Source: Leucoraja ocellata (taxonomy: Eukaryota). From it: a stretch of 64,000 nucleotides of DNA. The translations under genes were made by a program, and so were the position numbers. The DNA lies in assembly GCA_036785375.1 (NCBI GenBank), contig JAWMAR010000008.1, forward strand, positions 4,030,001-4,094,000, in the 5' to 3' direction. The notes under the pieces were generated by a model that did not search any database, was not told the origin of the DNA, and was given only the letters and a program-made list of their open reading frames with translations. This document shows, piece after piece, positions 48,921 through 61,260 of this stretch (its first letter is position 1; the number at the start of each line of letters is the position of its first letter).

Positions 48921-50775
48921 ACCTAGTGTTGCTGAAATACTGATGTCATGCATTGAATATATAGGACACTGATGAAGATGAGGTTGGCATCACTTATGTG
49001 CCATAACCCATTGCTGGACAGTGAAGTGATGTTGAGCTAGACGAACTCAAACAAGGTTGGAATCTATGGAGCTCATGCCTGTAGCCCAATCATGTCCCCT
49101 TGTTGTAGGGCACCCTTTGGTATTGATGTTGAAGTAATGTAATACTGTGAACAGGATCTCTATTTGATCATCAGTACATATACAACATTAGGGATGCCAA
49201 GTATCCAGCACTGCCCCACTGGACATGCTCCATGTCACCTCACAGTTTCTCCGTGCCAAGATGAGAGACTTGTTTTGGATGTTTGAAGCCTGGAGCTGGC
49301 TCCTGTTTGATCTCATCCAAGGCAAGCCACTTCTCCTGAAAACAAAACGGCAGTAATTTGTGGCCAAAGATAATTATGAATAAAAGTACAGAATTTAAAC
49401 ACAGTACAGTTTGTACAGTACAGCAAGAAGCCAGAACACCCATAGGAAACACAAATGATTACAGGAAGGGTGTGCAAACTCCAAACAGACAGCACTAGAG
49501 GTAAAGATAAAACACAGGTCACTGGAACTGTGAGGCAACAGTTCTGCTAACTGCATGACTGTGCACCCTCATGACACAGCCAAAATTTCACTCTGTTTTT
49601 AATGATGTCAGACATCTTTGAAGGCTCAGGTTCTTCCGGGGCTTTAGAATGTAATTTATATTAATGATGCGGTGGTGGCTTATGCAAGGGGTAGCCTTGT
49701 TTCTGAACCGAATGAACCAATGAAGAGCAATTACCCTCTTCAGCTCCCAAGCTCCCTCCACACCATGCAGCCTGCCCAAAGCACCTTCAGAAATGAATAG
49801 ATGGGATAAGACCTGCCTGCCATTATGATCTGGCAGATGTGCCTTACCTGAAGCAACTGCAAAGTTCATCCAAGGTCACCACTCTGGAAACCAGCTGCCA
49901 ACAAAGTATTTGCCTCTGGCATAAAGATCAAAGAGACCCTTTCCTGCTTTTTAGTGTACCAGAGGCCAACATATTTTTATACAGATGCTCGTGATTTTTC
50001 CTTGGAATATCTATCATGTTTTCCATTAGTCAATTTTTAATTTTTTTCCCCACTGGGCACCCAGGCCTGCAGCTCTGAACGATACAGAAATAATTATTTA
50101 GAGTCATATGCGTCTCAAATTTAGTTCGCATCAAAACTACATTAAATATTAATATCAGTGATTTTTTTTTTTCCTTCCTAAGGACATGTAGGAATAATTG
50201 TGAAATAGAAACAGGATGATGCAGAGCCAGAGTGAAGTGCCTCATCTGGGGGACTGATGTGTTACTTCTGCAAACAATGATAAAATATTGCTGAGTCCAA
50301 ATTTCATCACCATTAGCGTGTTTAAACAGAGCACGATGATTCTTGGTGAAGGAGCAACACCCTGCAATTACCCATAATATGGCGGACAATTTGTACTGCT
50401 TGTCTGTCTGATTCGATCTAACCAAAAACATTGCCAGTAAAATAAATTGTCTACCGTGAAATTGCTGGATTTAAGTCATTAGTGCGAATTAATCTGCCTC
50501 AACCATTTAGGACCGGTAATTCATGTTGTAGGAACTCTGTTAATGATGTGATTTACAGCTGGGAATGGGAATAATTAAACCCCTGGGTTTTGCTTCTCAG
50601 CAAGTAAAATATTCCTGGAGGATTCCTGAACTCTAGCTGTGTTGGTAGAAGGCAAATTAAATGAAGTTTGACTTTTCACCAATAGCAGTTTCTACATTCC
50701 AATAAAGGCAATTCAAGACTCAGGATTATGATAATCGCACTGCTTCAATATCCAGTGGTCCAACTAGATATTGTT

Positions 50776-50950
50776 GCACTGTGGCGCAGCGGTAGAGCTG
50801 TTGCCATACAGCGCCAGGGAGCCGGGTTCCATCCTGACCACTGGTGCTGTCTGGACAGAGTATGTACGCTCTCTGATTTCTCCGATTTCCTCCCATATTC
50901 CAAAGACGCACTTGTTTGTAGGTTAATTGACTTCTGTGAAATGTGCTTAG
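50776..50950 (+). mobile_element. V-SINE 5' part
   Basis: gtggcgcagcggtagagc head, B box and V-domain. Confidence 0.8.
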
Positions 50951-51441
50951 TGAGTAGCAATATGTTCATTCAATGGGGCATGGGCTTATTGTGCCATACA
51001 AGTTGCACACAATGAATTAGCAAAAACTTTAACTGGTTACAGAGACAAGAGCATTTGGTGTCCTTGATCTATGTACCCAATTAGTTTTTTCATGCTGTAC
51101 TTGTTAGATTAATTACTTGGCAGATTTTTGGCTCTTAGCATTGCTCTCTGTCAATCCATTCTAACACAGTACTGGAGAGGAATCACTCGGGAATTCAGAT
51201 GCTTTGTCCTTCTAAAGTCTTGACCTAATAGTCATACTTTTGCATCTCTCGTCTAAAAGGATGATGTGAAATACTGAAAGGTGCAGGTTTTGCTGAAACT
51301 GATGCTGAGCGACCATCCAGGCACTGGTTCAGCCCTTTTCTAACCAGGAACAGAGTTTCACCATTTATTCCCTGCTAAAGATCCTAATTGAGGTCAGATG
51401 GTCTGATCTTATTACTGGTAACTCAGTTGGTTCTCAGGAGA

Positions 51442-52060
51442 GTGTGTAGGAAATAACTGCAGATGCTGGTTTAAATCAAAGGTAAACACCAAATGCTGGA
51501 GTAACTCAGCGAGACAGGCAGCATCTCTGGAGAGACGGAATGGTTTTGGGTCGAGACCCTTCTTCAGAGAAATTAGTTCTCCTTGATTCAGATTATTACT
51601 TGAGGCTGGATGGTGAGAATGAGCTTGAGATGTGTCTGGAAAACACAAAATTCATTGAATTTAAAACAGTAGGGACTGGATTTGGATTTAATCATGTGTC
51701 CATTCTTCACCTTGAACATTATTGGAATTGAGTTTGAAAAGATGACAAAGAGCAGAGTGATGAAGGAACTCAGGCAGCACCTGTGGAGCGATATGGACAG
51801 ACAATGTTCTGGGTCGAGACTTTCTTCAGACTGTTGGGTCAGGAAGGGGAAAGCTGGAAAAGAGAGGGGAAGCGGGGCAAAGCTTGGCAAGTGAGAGAGG
51901 AGGGGAGTGGCAATGTGTTAATGGTTGGAGTTTGTGACAAAGGTTGGAGGTGAAAAGGAGACAAATGGGTATCAGATAAGGAATGAAGAAGAGGAGTGAA
52001 ATGTAAAGATGGAGGGAGGGATATGGGTGGAAGGGGATAGGAGGGAGGGGAAGAGTGGAC
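51442..52060 (-). mobile_element. cluster of Penelope pLTR / 3' fragments
   Basis: pLTRs at ~51442-51568 and ~51755-51832, a GIY-YIG tail remnant at ~51600-51690, and a purine-rich 3' region. Confidence 0.7.
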
Positions 52061-52339
52061 AAAAAGTATCTCTAAACTAAACAGAAAAGTGATAGATACA
52101 GTATGTATGTGAAGAGATCAGGGAGGTGATGTGGAGGAGGGTGATGAGGTATCAAACTCCAAGTAAGGTTTATTATCTCTGGGCAGTTACATCTTCCAAG
52201 AAACTCTTGTGTAGGTACGCCCGAGGCCAGTTGATACACATGTGTTAATTTTGCTCTTGAGAGGCTTGAAAGAACTAGATTTCTTGGTTACAAAGACAGG
52301 TGTAACTGCATTAGGTTGATTTACATGCAGCATAAAGGA

Positions 52340-52790
52340 AGACCTGCACAGTTCCTGAGGGAACAAGGCTCCATTGAATGCACCAACCAACATGTTGCAT
52401 TTCACTCTGGAGATCCTGTTCGCTTCTTTGCAAAGGGTGAAAGTCAATCAGCTCATAAAGCATTGTGTGGTGGAGTGATAGCAGTCACGACGAGCACATT
52501 TAGAGGCCACACACAAAGTCTCTGCCATGCACAATATCACCATGAGCCGGCTTTATGTTCCTCATTGAGTAGGGAAAGGCCACCTGGGAGCAGGTTGCTG
52601 CTTTCAATGGGTAGCTTGCACATCCCCCAAGGCAAAGGTACTCTGTGCACGAGGCATCACGGAAGCCATGCATGAGCAGATAGCCCTCCTGCAGGAGAAG
52701 GGATACGGCATTTGGGAAATCATCTCTTTTCTGTTGAAACAGCAACATATTTCCCCAACTCACTTCATCATGAACATTGTTCCACTAGGA
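52340..52790 (+). pseudogene. possible fossil PIF/Harbinger (HARBI1-like) DDE transposase
   Basis: AQFLREQGSIECTNQHVAF..DPVRFFAKG resembles AGFPxVxGAIDCTHVA...FxNRKG; later EQIALL resembles EQTIGLLK. Heavily decayed. Confidence 0.35.
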
Positions 52791-53199
52791 CAGGAGAGAG
52801 CTGACTCTGACATGGAGAGTGAAAGTAATGTGGAGCCGCAATGGGGAAAGTGTTATCTGTGCAGAGGTCAGCTGCTTACGCAAGGTGGCACTCCTGAAAA
52901 TATACAGACCTTAGGGTATGACATTTAATTTATAGGAACAGGGTACTTTTCATTAAAATGTTATATCATGTGACGATTCTGGGCTCTTCTGTCTAATAAT
53001 TACACACCTTTCATATTCTCCTATAATTCAGTGAATGTCAACTTGTTTACAAAATCATAGAGGCAGATAGTCCTAAATAACCTTAAGTACAAGATCCTAC
53101 CCTATCCTGCCTCTGCTGCACCATGCAACCCTTCAACAAATACTCACAGTGAGACCCTGGAAAACATGGACCACTTCCCATATAACCACAAAACCATCT

Positions 53200-53830
53200 C
53201 TCTTCAAAGCCAGGCATTGATGGTGAAATTCATCACGGCCTTCATTGTACCAGTGCAGCCTTTGGTCGGGTCAGGAAAAATGGTATTTCAAGATCAGGGC
53301 TCAGACTTGGCACAAATTTCATGGCTTTCTCAGCATCAATGATTCCTGCCCTCGTGCTACTGGGGACCTGGACTGACTTTAGCAGCTATATCAAAACAGA
53401 ATAAATACACCCAGCATTGTTTCCGTAAAATTCTCCAAACTCGCTGCAAGAATACCAGAAACCAACATCAACATCCTGGGCCAGGCCAACATTAAGGCAC
53501 TAGTTACACCTGGTCCTATATTTTGGACAGCCACATTGTTCGCATGTAATAAGGAACTGCAGATGCTGGTTTATTCCAAAGAGAGACACAAAGTGCTGGA
53601 GCAACTCAGTGGGTCAGGCAACATCTCTGGGGAAAATAGATAGGTGACATTTCGGGTTGGGACCCTTCTTCAAACTGAGGAGGAGCATTAGGGGCGGAAC
53701 CTTGGCACCATGCACCAGGACACACAAACGTCCTACATAAAATGGTGGAAGGTGAGCATCACAACTGTCCAGCTCCCCTCCTCCATCAGGCACCTCCTGG
53801 CCTATCTGTGAACTCACTGAACCAGAGTGG
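53200..53830 (+). mobile_element. degenerate RTE-clade LINE C-terminus, interrupted by a Penelope pLTR (~53545-53680)
   Basis: cagtgcagcctttggtcgg..., HCFRKILQ, ..HIVRM resemble RTE/BovB-type C-terminal motifs. Confidence 0.55.
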
Positions 53831-53993
53831 AAATCACCCTTGATCATGAGGGTCTGTGAAAAGAAAGAAGGATTGCAGTGTGAATAGGGTTTAAGTCAAG
53901 AGTCATAGAGAGATACTGTACGACAACAGGTCATTCAGCTCATTGTTTCCAAACTGACTGGCAACTATTCTTTTGCGCTACATTAATCCCTTA

Positions 53994-54958
53994 TGTTGTT
54001 TAAGAGGGAGCTGCAGATGCTGGAGAATCGAAGGTTACACAAAAAAGCTGGAGAAACTCAGCGGGTGCAGCAGCATCTATGGAGCGAAGGAAATAGGCAA
54101 CGTTTCGGGCCGAAACCCTTCTTCAGACTGATCGGGGGCGGGGGTGGGTGGGGACAAGAAAGGGAAAAGCAGGAGGAGCCCGAAGGCTGGGGGATGGGAG
54201 GAGACAGCAGGGGGGTTGAGGAAGGGGAGGAGACAGCAAGGACTAACAAAATTGGGAGAATTCGATGTTCATGCCCCCGGGATGCAGACTCCCCAAACGG
54301 AATATGAGGTGCTGTTCCTCCAATTTCCGGTGCTGCTCGCTGTGGCCATGGAGGAGACCCAGGACAGAGAGGTCGGAGACGGAGTGGGAGGGGGAGTTGA
54401 AGTGCTGAGCCACCGGGAGGTCAGCTTGGTTATTGCGGACCGAGCGGAGGTGTTCGGCGAAACGATCGCCCAACCTCCGCTTGGTCTCACCGATATAGAT
54501 CTGCTGACATCTAGAGCAGCGGACGCAATAGATGAGGTTGGAAGAGATGCAGGTAAACCTCTGTCGCACCTGGAACGATTGCTTGGGTCCTTGAACGGAG
54601 TCGAGGGGGGAGGTAAAGGGACAAGTGTTGCATCTCTTGCGGTTGCAAGGGAAAGTGCCCGGGGAGGGGGTGGACCGAGAGGGAAGGGAAAATTGACAAG
54701 GGAGTTATGGAGGGAGCGGTCTTTGCGGAAGGCAGATATGGGGGGAGATGGGAAGATGTGGCGAGTGGTGGGGTCACGTTGGAGGTGGCGAAACTGACGG
54801 AGGATTACTTTTTGTATGTGACGGCTGGTGGGGTGAAAGGTGAGGACTAGGGGGACTCGGCCCTTGTTGCGAGTGCGGGGATGGGGAGAGAGAGCAGTGT
54901 TGCGGGGTATGGAAGAGACCCTGGTGCGAGCCTCATTTATGGTGGAGGAGGGGAACCT
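53994..54958 (-). mobile_element. young 5'-truncated Penelope-like element (RT linker, GIY-YIG endonuclease, pLTR)
   Basis: RVPLVLTFHP...PISAFRKDRSLHNSLV and FTCISSNLIYCVRCSRCQQIYIGETKRRLGDRFAEH; one frameshift; tcccttat on both flanks. Confidence 0.95.
54095..54131 (-). ncRNA. minimal hammerhead-ribozyme motif in Penelope pLTR
   Basis: Minus strand tcagt-CTGAAGA-agggtttcggccc-GAAA-cgttg: CUGANGA and GAAA cores, short stem II, self-complementary AACGTT stem III. Confidence 0.7.
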
Positions 54959-54999
54959 CATTGTACTCCCTTATTGTAGTTTCTCCATGTTCTCATCAC

Positions 55000-55225
55000 A
55001 CTTCTAACACTAGATTTACCACTCACCTTCACATCTTACAGTCGCCAATTCACTTATCAACCTACACTTTTGGGATGTGGGAAGAAATCTGAGCACCCAA
55101 AGAATCCCACACGGTTACAAGGATAAAATGCAAACTCCACACAAACGTCACCTGGAGTCCAGATCTAAACCGTATCTCTGATACTGTGAGGCAGATGCTC
55201 TAACCAGCTGCAACACTCTGCTGCC
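55000..55225 (-). mobile_element. older V-SINE
   Basis: Degenerate V-domain (gtggagtttgcatttt...gtgtgggattc on the minus strand). Confidence 0.65.
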
Positions 55226-55795
55226 TGGATTGGTTTGTTTTGTCTATTCCACCTCCTTCAAGACTGAGTTCCAAGCTTGGCCATCCCCACAGCTCATTGC
55301 GTCCAGATTGTAAGTTCTGATGACACAGTCATTGTAGATGAGTTTAGGATGGCCAGCCTTCCTACACTGTACAGCACTCTCCTAGGCTGTCAATTGCTGT
55401 GTGTGCATTTGTCATGCGACCCAGATCCTTTTGTTGTTAGTGTGGCTTCCACGCTAGGTTGGCTAAGTTGCAAATCAACACACTTCAATGTTGGCAATAT
55501 TGTCAGGTCATTTAATTCCCATTATGCTGCGTTGGTGCTACTGTTGCAAGCACTTGCATTTCTTGATATGGTGATGATATGGGTCGGTATTTAACAAGCT
55601 TGAGACATGCTGAAAGTCCTTGTTAATGCTAGTGTTATTGGTTACAGTACTATCTCAATGGTAGAAAAAATTGCCGTTGTTTTCGTGGCTACTGTTCTGT
55701 TTTATTTCTAGTATTCTACAATGACAAATTCCCACCATGGGCAGGCTTCAGTACATGAATTATAGTTGACTCAAAGCCACAGACCCTCCAATAAA

Positions 55796-56117
55796 GGGCC
55801 GCACAGTGGCACAGCGGTAGAGCTACTGCCTTATAATGCGTGCAGTGCCAGAGTCCCGGGTTCCATCCCGTTTACTGGTGCTGTCTACATGGAGTTTGTA
55901 CGTTCTCCCCGTGACCTCAGGGGCTTTCTCTGAGATCTTCAGTTTCCTCCCACACTCCAAAGACGTACAGGTTTGTAGGTTGATTGGCTTGGTATAAATG
56001 TGAATTGTCCCCAATGTGTGTAGGATAGTGTTAATGTGCAGGGATCGCTGGTCGGTGCGGTCTCGGTGGGCCGAAGGGCCTGTTTCCGGGCTGTATCTCC
56101 GAACTCAACTAAACTAA
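55796..56117 (+). mobile_element. HE1-like V-SINE
   Basis: Full-length head, V-domain and tail with (ctaaa)n. Confidence 0.92.
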
Positions 56118-56479
56118 AGAAATCAAAATGTGAAGTGCGGAAAAGCTTAAAGGAGATGAAAACAAAACAGAGATATTAGTTCTTCTGGTTTGCAACAACT
56201 TTGATTTTTGGAAAGCGTAACAAAAGGAAGTGGCATTGTAATATGTCGTGAGCACGGTGAAATTATGGTGACCACATGCAGCACATTGTTATGTGTGTGA
56301 GGGCAAAAATATCACAGACTCACTTCTGCAATCCCTGCAGCACTGTGATGCACTCCACAGGCTTTGGCAATAATAAGACAGACATTTCAGTTTAGCAGGT
56401 ACAGATGAGGCAAAACCCTGCTGCAGAAGTGGTCCAGCTGCAGCTAACCGGGGAAGGAAAAGGCAGAATCTCAAAAAGA

Positions 56480-57003
56480 AAACAATAGGATTGAGGATTT
56501 GAAAAACTGCAGAAATCAACAAAAGAAGAGCAAGCCACAGTATGGAAAGGGAAAGATGAAACAAAATCAGACTGGCAAGAAAAAATAAGAACAGACTGTA
56601 AAGCTTCCGTGGATATTTCAAAGGCAGGAGATTGATCACTCAATGTGGATCTCAAGAGAATGATACATGAAAATTGTAGAATAAGGAAATGGCAAAGAAA
56701 TTAAACAAGTACTTTGTGTCAGTCTTCATGAAAGAAGGGACAGAAAATAGAGCTGAACAATAGGCCTAGGTTAAATGGAAAGCTTAAAGATAATAACTTT
56801 CATAGAAACATAATATTGGAGAAAGTAAATAGAGGTAGTTGAGGCAGGTACAATCACAATGTTTTAACGACATTTGGACAGGTACATGGAAAGGATAGGT
56901 TTAGAAGGATATCGGCCAAATGCAGACAGGTGTTAATGGGCATGTTAGTTGGCGTGGGAAATTTAATCGAAGGGCCTGTTTCCATGCTGTATGACTCTTT
57001 GAC
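56480..57003 (+). mobile_element. CR1 fragments (ORF2 linker and 3' end)
   Basis: Homologous to 25280-25620 (KEMAKKLNKYFVSVF) followed by the CR1 3' UTR. Confidence 0.75.
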
Positions 57004-57093
57004 TTCATAAATCACAGAAAGTAGAAAGAATTTAAAATAGCCCTAATGTACATCTTGTCATAGACCCAGAAATCACGAAGGGCATACAAAAAG

Positions 57094-59190
57094 ATAGTAA
57101 GATTAAACGAGAACTTACCAGTTTGAAGTTTGATCGTTATTTTATGAGGAGTAACGTTGAGGGATTACGTGAAGAACCCCGCCAGGAGGCATGCGTGTCA
57201 TTCTTCAAAGCAGCGGTGTGAAATCACAGATAACTGTAATGACTAAACACAGTAAGATTAGAGAAGAGATACCAGTTGAGTATATGATCAAGGGTGGGAG
57301 TGGAGGGCATGTAATCCCTCAACGTTACTCCTCATAAAATAATGATCAAACTTCAAACTGGTAAGTTCTCATTTAATCTTACTATTTTTCTTCGGAGTCA
57401 CGTGAGTGACTATGTGAAGATTTTAAAGCTCTGTGATTTCATGCCGTGGAAACGAGTCCATGCATCACATCTGCCTTGATTATGGGGAGAATAGTGTTAA
57501 CATCATTAGACATCAATACGATATTGAAAACCCAATGATAAATATATTAACACCAAATTATAGCCTCTATTTATGGGGTAAATTATATTACAGAACTTAA
57601 AATTGTTTCTGCAAATGTTCCAGTTTCAATGACTGGTTTGTTATAAAATCGTTGGAAAGTTTTCTCCGTTGACCATCCTGCTGTCTTGAGGATTTGGTCC
57701 ATAGGAACATCCAACTTCATAGCTGCCGATGTAGCTGCAGCCCTGGTGGAGTGAGATTTTAAAATGCTAGTGTCTACTCCAGCCTTTATTAGGACCTGTT
57801 TTAGCCATCTAGAGATGGTCTGGACTGTCACTGTTTTGAGTGGCTGTTTGTAGCTGATTAAAAGTGGCAATTCTTTCCCTCTGATGATCTTAGTATACTC
57901 CATGTATAATAGTAAGTGTGTTACAATACAGAGACGATCATCTGTCGGGTAGGCCCTGAATTCTGTTTTTAGGCCTGCTGACCCCTGTCTGTTTTGTTTG
58001 ACTAATTCATTGATGTGAAAAGTTAAATTTCCAGATGAGATAGTCATGTTGTCCAGCCTTAGTTTCTGTAGTGACTGGACCCTATGTGCCGTGACCAAGG
58101 CCATCATCATGACTGTTTGCATAGTCAGTTTCTGTAGGGACAGAGCTGTAGTTGGAGACCAGTTTCTTAACATGGTCAGTACAATGCTCACATCCCATAT
58201 TTGGGAGTACCTGGTTCTTGGGGGATTAACATTAAAAATGCCCCTCATGAGTTTGGTTACCAGGGTGTGTCCCAACAGAATACCGATCTGTTCCTTGCCA
58301 CAGGTATGTTGACAGAGCACTTCTGGCGCAGTTGATGGCACTATGACTGAGCCTCTCATCGTAATGGAGGCTTGCCAGGAATTCCAGAACAGACGGGATG
58401 TTCATAGATCTGTGGGTGATGTTTATTGTTGTGACAGTACTTCCCATTTCTTGATGACACCAAGTACTGTTTTTTGGTGGACTGTCTGTGGACCGCTGAA
58501 ATAATATCCACTGTTCGTCCGTCAGTCCCAGGTGTAGTAGAGGTGCTTTCAAACTCTACAAATTAATAGGTTTACATAATTAAGACATGGGTAACTTCCC
58601 GTTGTTGCGGGATGAACCAGTAAATTAGGTCTATGATGGATGGTGATGCATGGTTCTAATACCATGTCGAGTATCACCGGGACCCATGGTTGAGTAGGCC
58701 AATCGGGTACTATCAAAATACCAGATGCGGAGTCTTGCTGTATATTCCTAAATACCCGACTGATGAGGCAGAAAGGAGGGAATGCATAAATAAACAATCC
58801 CCCAATGCAGCGAAAATGCATCTGTTGCCACTGCCCCAGGTTCTGGTTCCCATGAACATAATTCGATAGCTGGTGTGAGCCTGGATGCGAATAGGTCGAT
58901 ATCTGGTGTTCCATACCGTGCTGTAATTTCAGCAAATACATTTTTATCCAACATCCATTCAGAGTTTTCATTGAATTTGCGTGACCTGTTGTCTGCCACT
59001 AAATTTAGTTTACCTGGTAAGTAGGTAGCTGATATCCAAATATCTCTCTCTGGATACACTATTGCCAGATTGTCACGTAATGTCGATTTGTTTCCACCCA
59101 TATGGGTGATATATGCTACCACGGTGGTGATGTCAATTTGTAGTCTAACATGCTGGTGATATAACCCAGAACAATATGACTTAAGGCCAT
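57094..59190 (-). mobile_element. DIRS retrotransposon copy B (RNase H end, methyltransferase, tyrosine recombinase, ICR, 3' terminus; 5'-truncated)
   Basis: RH: VRLQIDITTVVAYITHMGG; MT: GTPDIDLFAS, YAFPPFCLI, LIVPDWPTQPW; YR ORF; 78-bp inverted repeat at 57094-57171 and 57308-57385. Confidence 0.95.
57583..58552 (-). pseudogene. DIRS tyrosine recombinase ORF (frameshifted near 58270)
   Basis: VLEFLASL...SAINCARSALS (N-terminal domain); TAHRVQSL, KSHSTRAAATS, AGWSTEKTFQRFY carry the R...HxxR...W...Y catalytic set. Confidence 0.9.
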
Positions 59191-59384
59191 GGAATTCACT
59201 TAACATTCCCAGAATGTGCTTCAGTTATCTACAGCCCAGCTTGGAGCAAAGAGTGAAGCAATAACAAATGAAACAAAAGAAAAATCATGCCTCACTCCAG
59301 CAATGCACAGGGAAGTTGTCCAGATAACATGAAGTGTGCAGAGCATTAAGACAAACAAATACAGAAATAGAGGTTGGTGAGATG

Positions 59385-59506
59385 ATAGACACAATAAGCT
59401 GGAGTAACTCAGCGGGACAGGCAGCATCTCTTGAGAGAAGGAATGGGTGATGAAATATCTATCTATCTTTGGTTTAAACCAGCATCTGCAGTTTCTTCCT
59501 ACACAT
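59385..59506. mobile_element. head-to-head Penelope pLTR pieces with 14-bp TSD
   Basis: ttggtgagatgata (59374-59387) / ttggtgagacgata (59507-59520) flank two oppositely oriented pLTR pieces. Confidence 0.75.
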
Positions 59507-60314
59507 TTGGTGAGACGATATATGTCTGCAATACTAAACAATATCTAGTCATATATAAATGTGTCGGATGTGTACATTTTTATTCATTCACATTGAAGAT
59601 CTGGGCATCACTTGCAGATCAGTAATTCCTTCTCATCCTTAATTGGCCATGACGAGATGGTGGTGAAATAAATTTAGCTCATGTGTCAAGAACACACCGT
59701 CTATCCAGGTTGAACCCCCTGGTATTCATTGGAGATTATTATGGATTACACTTACCTGCTCTAAAAGATTGGTTCAATAACTACCTGAAAATACGCTACA
59801 GAAACGGAGCTCAGTTGATGAAAACTCCAGGCTCATCTGGAGTGTTTGATTGCCACAGGAACATAAGAAATAGAAGCAGAAATCAACTCTCGCTGTTACT
59901 CGACAATGGATCACAGCTGAGCTTTCTACACTTTTCTGTAGTAAACTCAATTCCCATGATGTATTTAATATCCAAAAATGAATGCAGTCTAAAACTCCTT
60001 TTGCTGGTGGGAAGTTTCAGATCTCTCAGAAATTCTATGACGTGACCCCAGTTAATTTCCGAAATACCAGTTATAGTCGCGCTGATCAAGTGATTATTAT
60101 ATTTAAATGGCTAATATGCTTTTACTACAGTAATGCATTGACACTGTCCTGGCACAAATTGGAAGTTGGCTGGATGCATGCACTGTTTGTCGCTACTCAC
60201 TCACCGTTTTAGTGAAGTTATCTTGCTGATAAACTGAGGCGGCACAGACCACAACCAGTGGAGCTTTTGCCACCTCACACCTCCAGGGATTCTGGTTCAG
60301 TCCTGGCTATTCCT

Positions 60315-60650
60315 GGAAGAATAGAAAGGGTGAATGCACGTAGTCTTTTATGCATAGTAGGAGAATCAAGAACTCGAGGACATGGACAAGTCAGAGGGTA
60401 AAGATTTAATGGGAACCTGAGAGGCAATTTTTTTTTAAACAATGGGTGTACGGAACGAGCTGCCTGAGGAGGAAGTTGAGGCCTGTACTCTAACAGCATT
60501 TAAAAGGTACATGGATAGGAAAGGTTTAGCGGGATATGGGCCAAATGCAGGCAGTGTAGATGGGACATCTTGGGACTAGTGTAGATGGGACATCTTGGTC
60601 AGCATGGGCAAGTTGCGCCCAAAGGCCTGATTTCATGCTGCATGACTCTA
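60315..60650 (+). mobile_element. CR1 3' end
   Basis: GESRTRGH...RFNGNLRGNFF; 3' UTR with an internal 21-bp duplication agtgtagatgggacatcttgg. Confidence 0.85.
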
Positions 60651-60859
60651 TGACATCTGGGTAAACAAGTTGAAGAATGATATGTACTGCGGATTGAAAG
60701 CAACTGCTTTACATAGCGGAGCTGAATCAAATATCTTAATAGAAATTTGACATGTAAACAAAGAGTTGAGCTTAAGGTAAATGGAGTCTGTACCTATTAT
60801 GCAGACTTTACTGCAAAACTGCTTCAGCAACTGTATGGCCAGTTGTGAACTAGACAAAA

Positions 60860-61260
60860 AGTGAGTTACTTAAAGATGGAGAACTTGAAATTGAATCCAG
60901 AAGGCACCAATGTGCCCAGATGGAAGATGGTGTGCTGTTCCTCATACTTGTGTTGAGCTTGGTTGTAACAGAGCAGGGGGCCACAGGCTGAGAGGTGAGA
61001 ATGGGAGTGGTGTGGAGAGTTGAATTGGCAGGCAACCAAATGCTTAGGGCAACTCCTGTGGACTAAAACAGGTGCTGCACAAAATGATCAACCACTCTTC
61101 ACTTTGGTTATCCAGTATGGGAGATTATATTGTGAACATTGAACGCTGTCTCTCAGATTGGAAAAAGCGCAAGTGTTGCTTCCTCTCAAAAGACTATTTA
61201 GGTCTTTGGATGGTGAGAAGTGAAAAGATGAAATGCTATTTACTATAGAACGTGTTTCAT
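60860..61260 (-). mobile_element. old Penelope GIY-YIG fragment
   Basis: LPANSTLHTTP..., EEQHTIFHLG-like pieces; homologous to 54243-54569. Confidence 0.6.

Noticed and set aside
57583-58359. Phage or bacterial integrase (contamination or horizontal transfer)
   Set aside because: Context of RNase H, methyltransferase, ICR and ITR identifies a DIRS retrotransposon.
33441-59190. DIRS copies A and B as halves of one split element
   Set aside because: They overlap in the methyltransferase region, differ there, and are in the wrong order on the minus strand.
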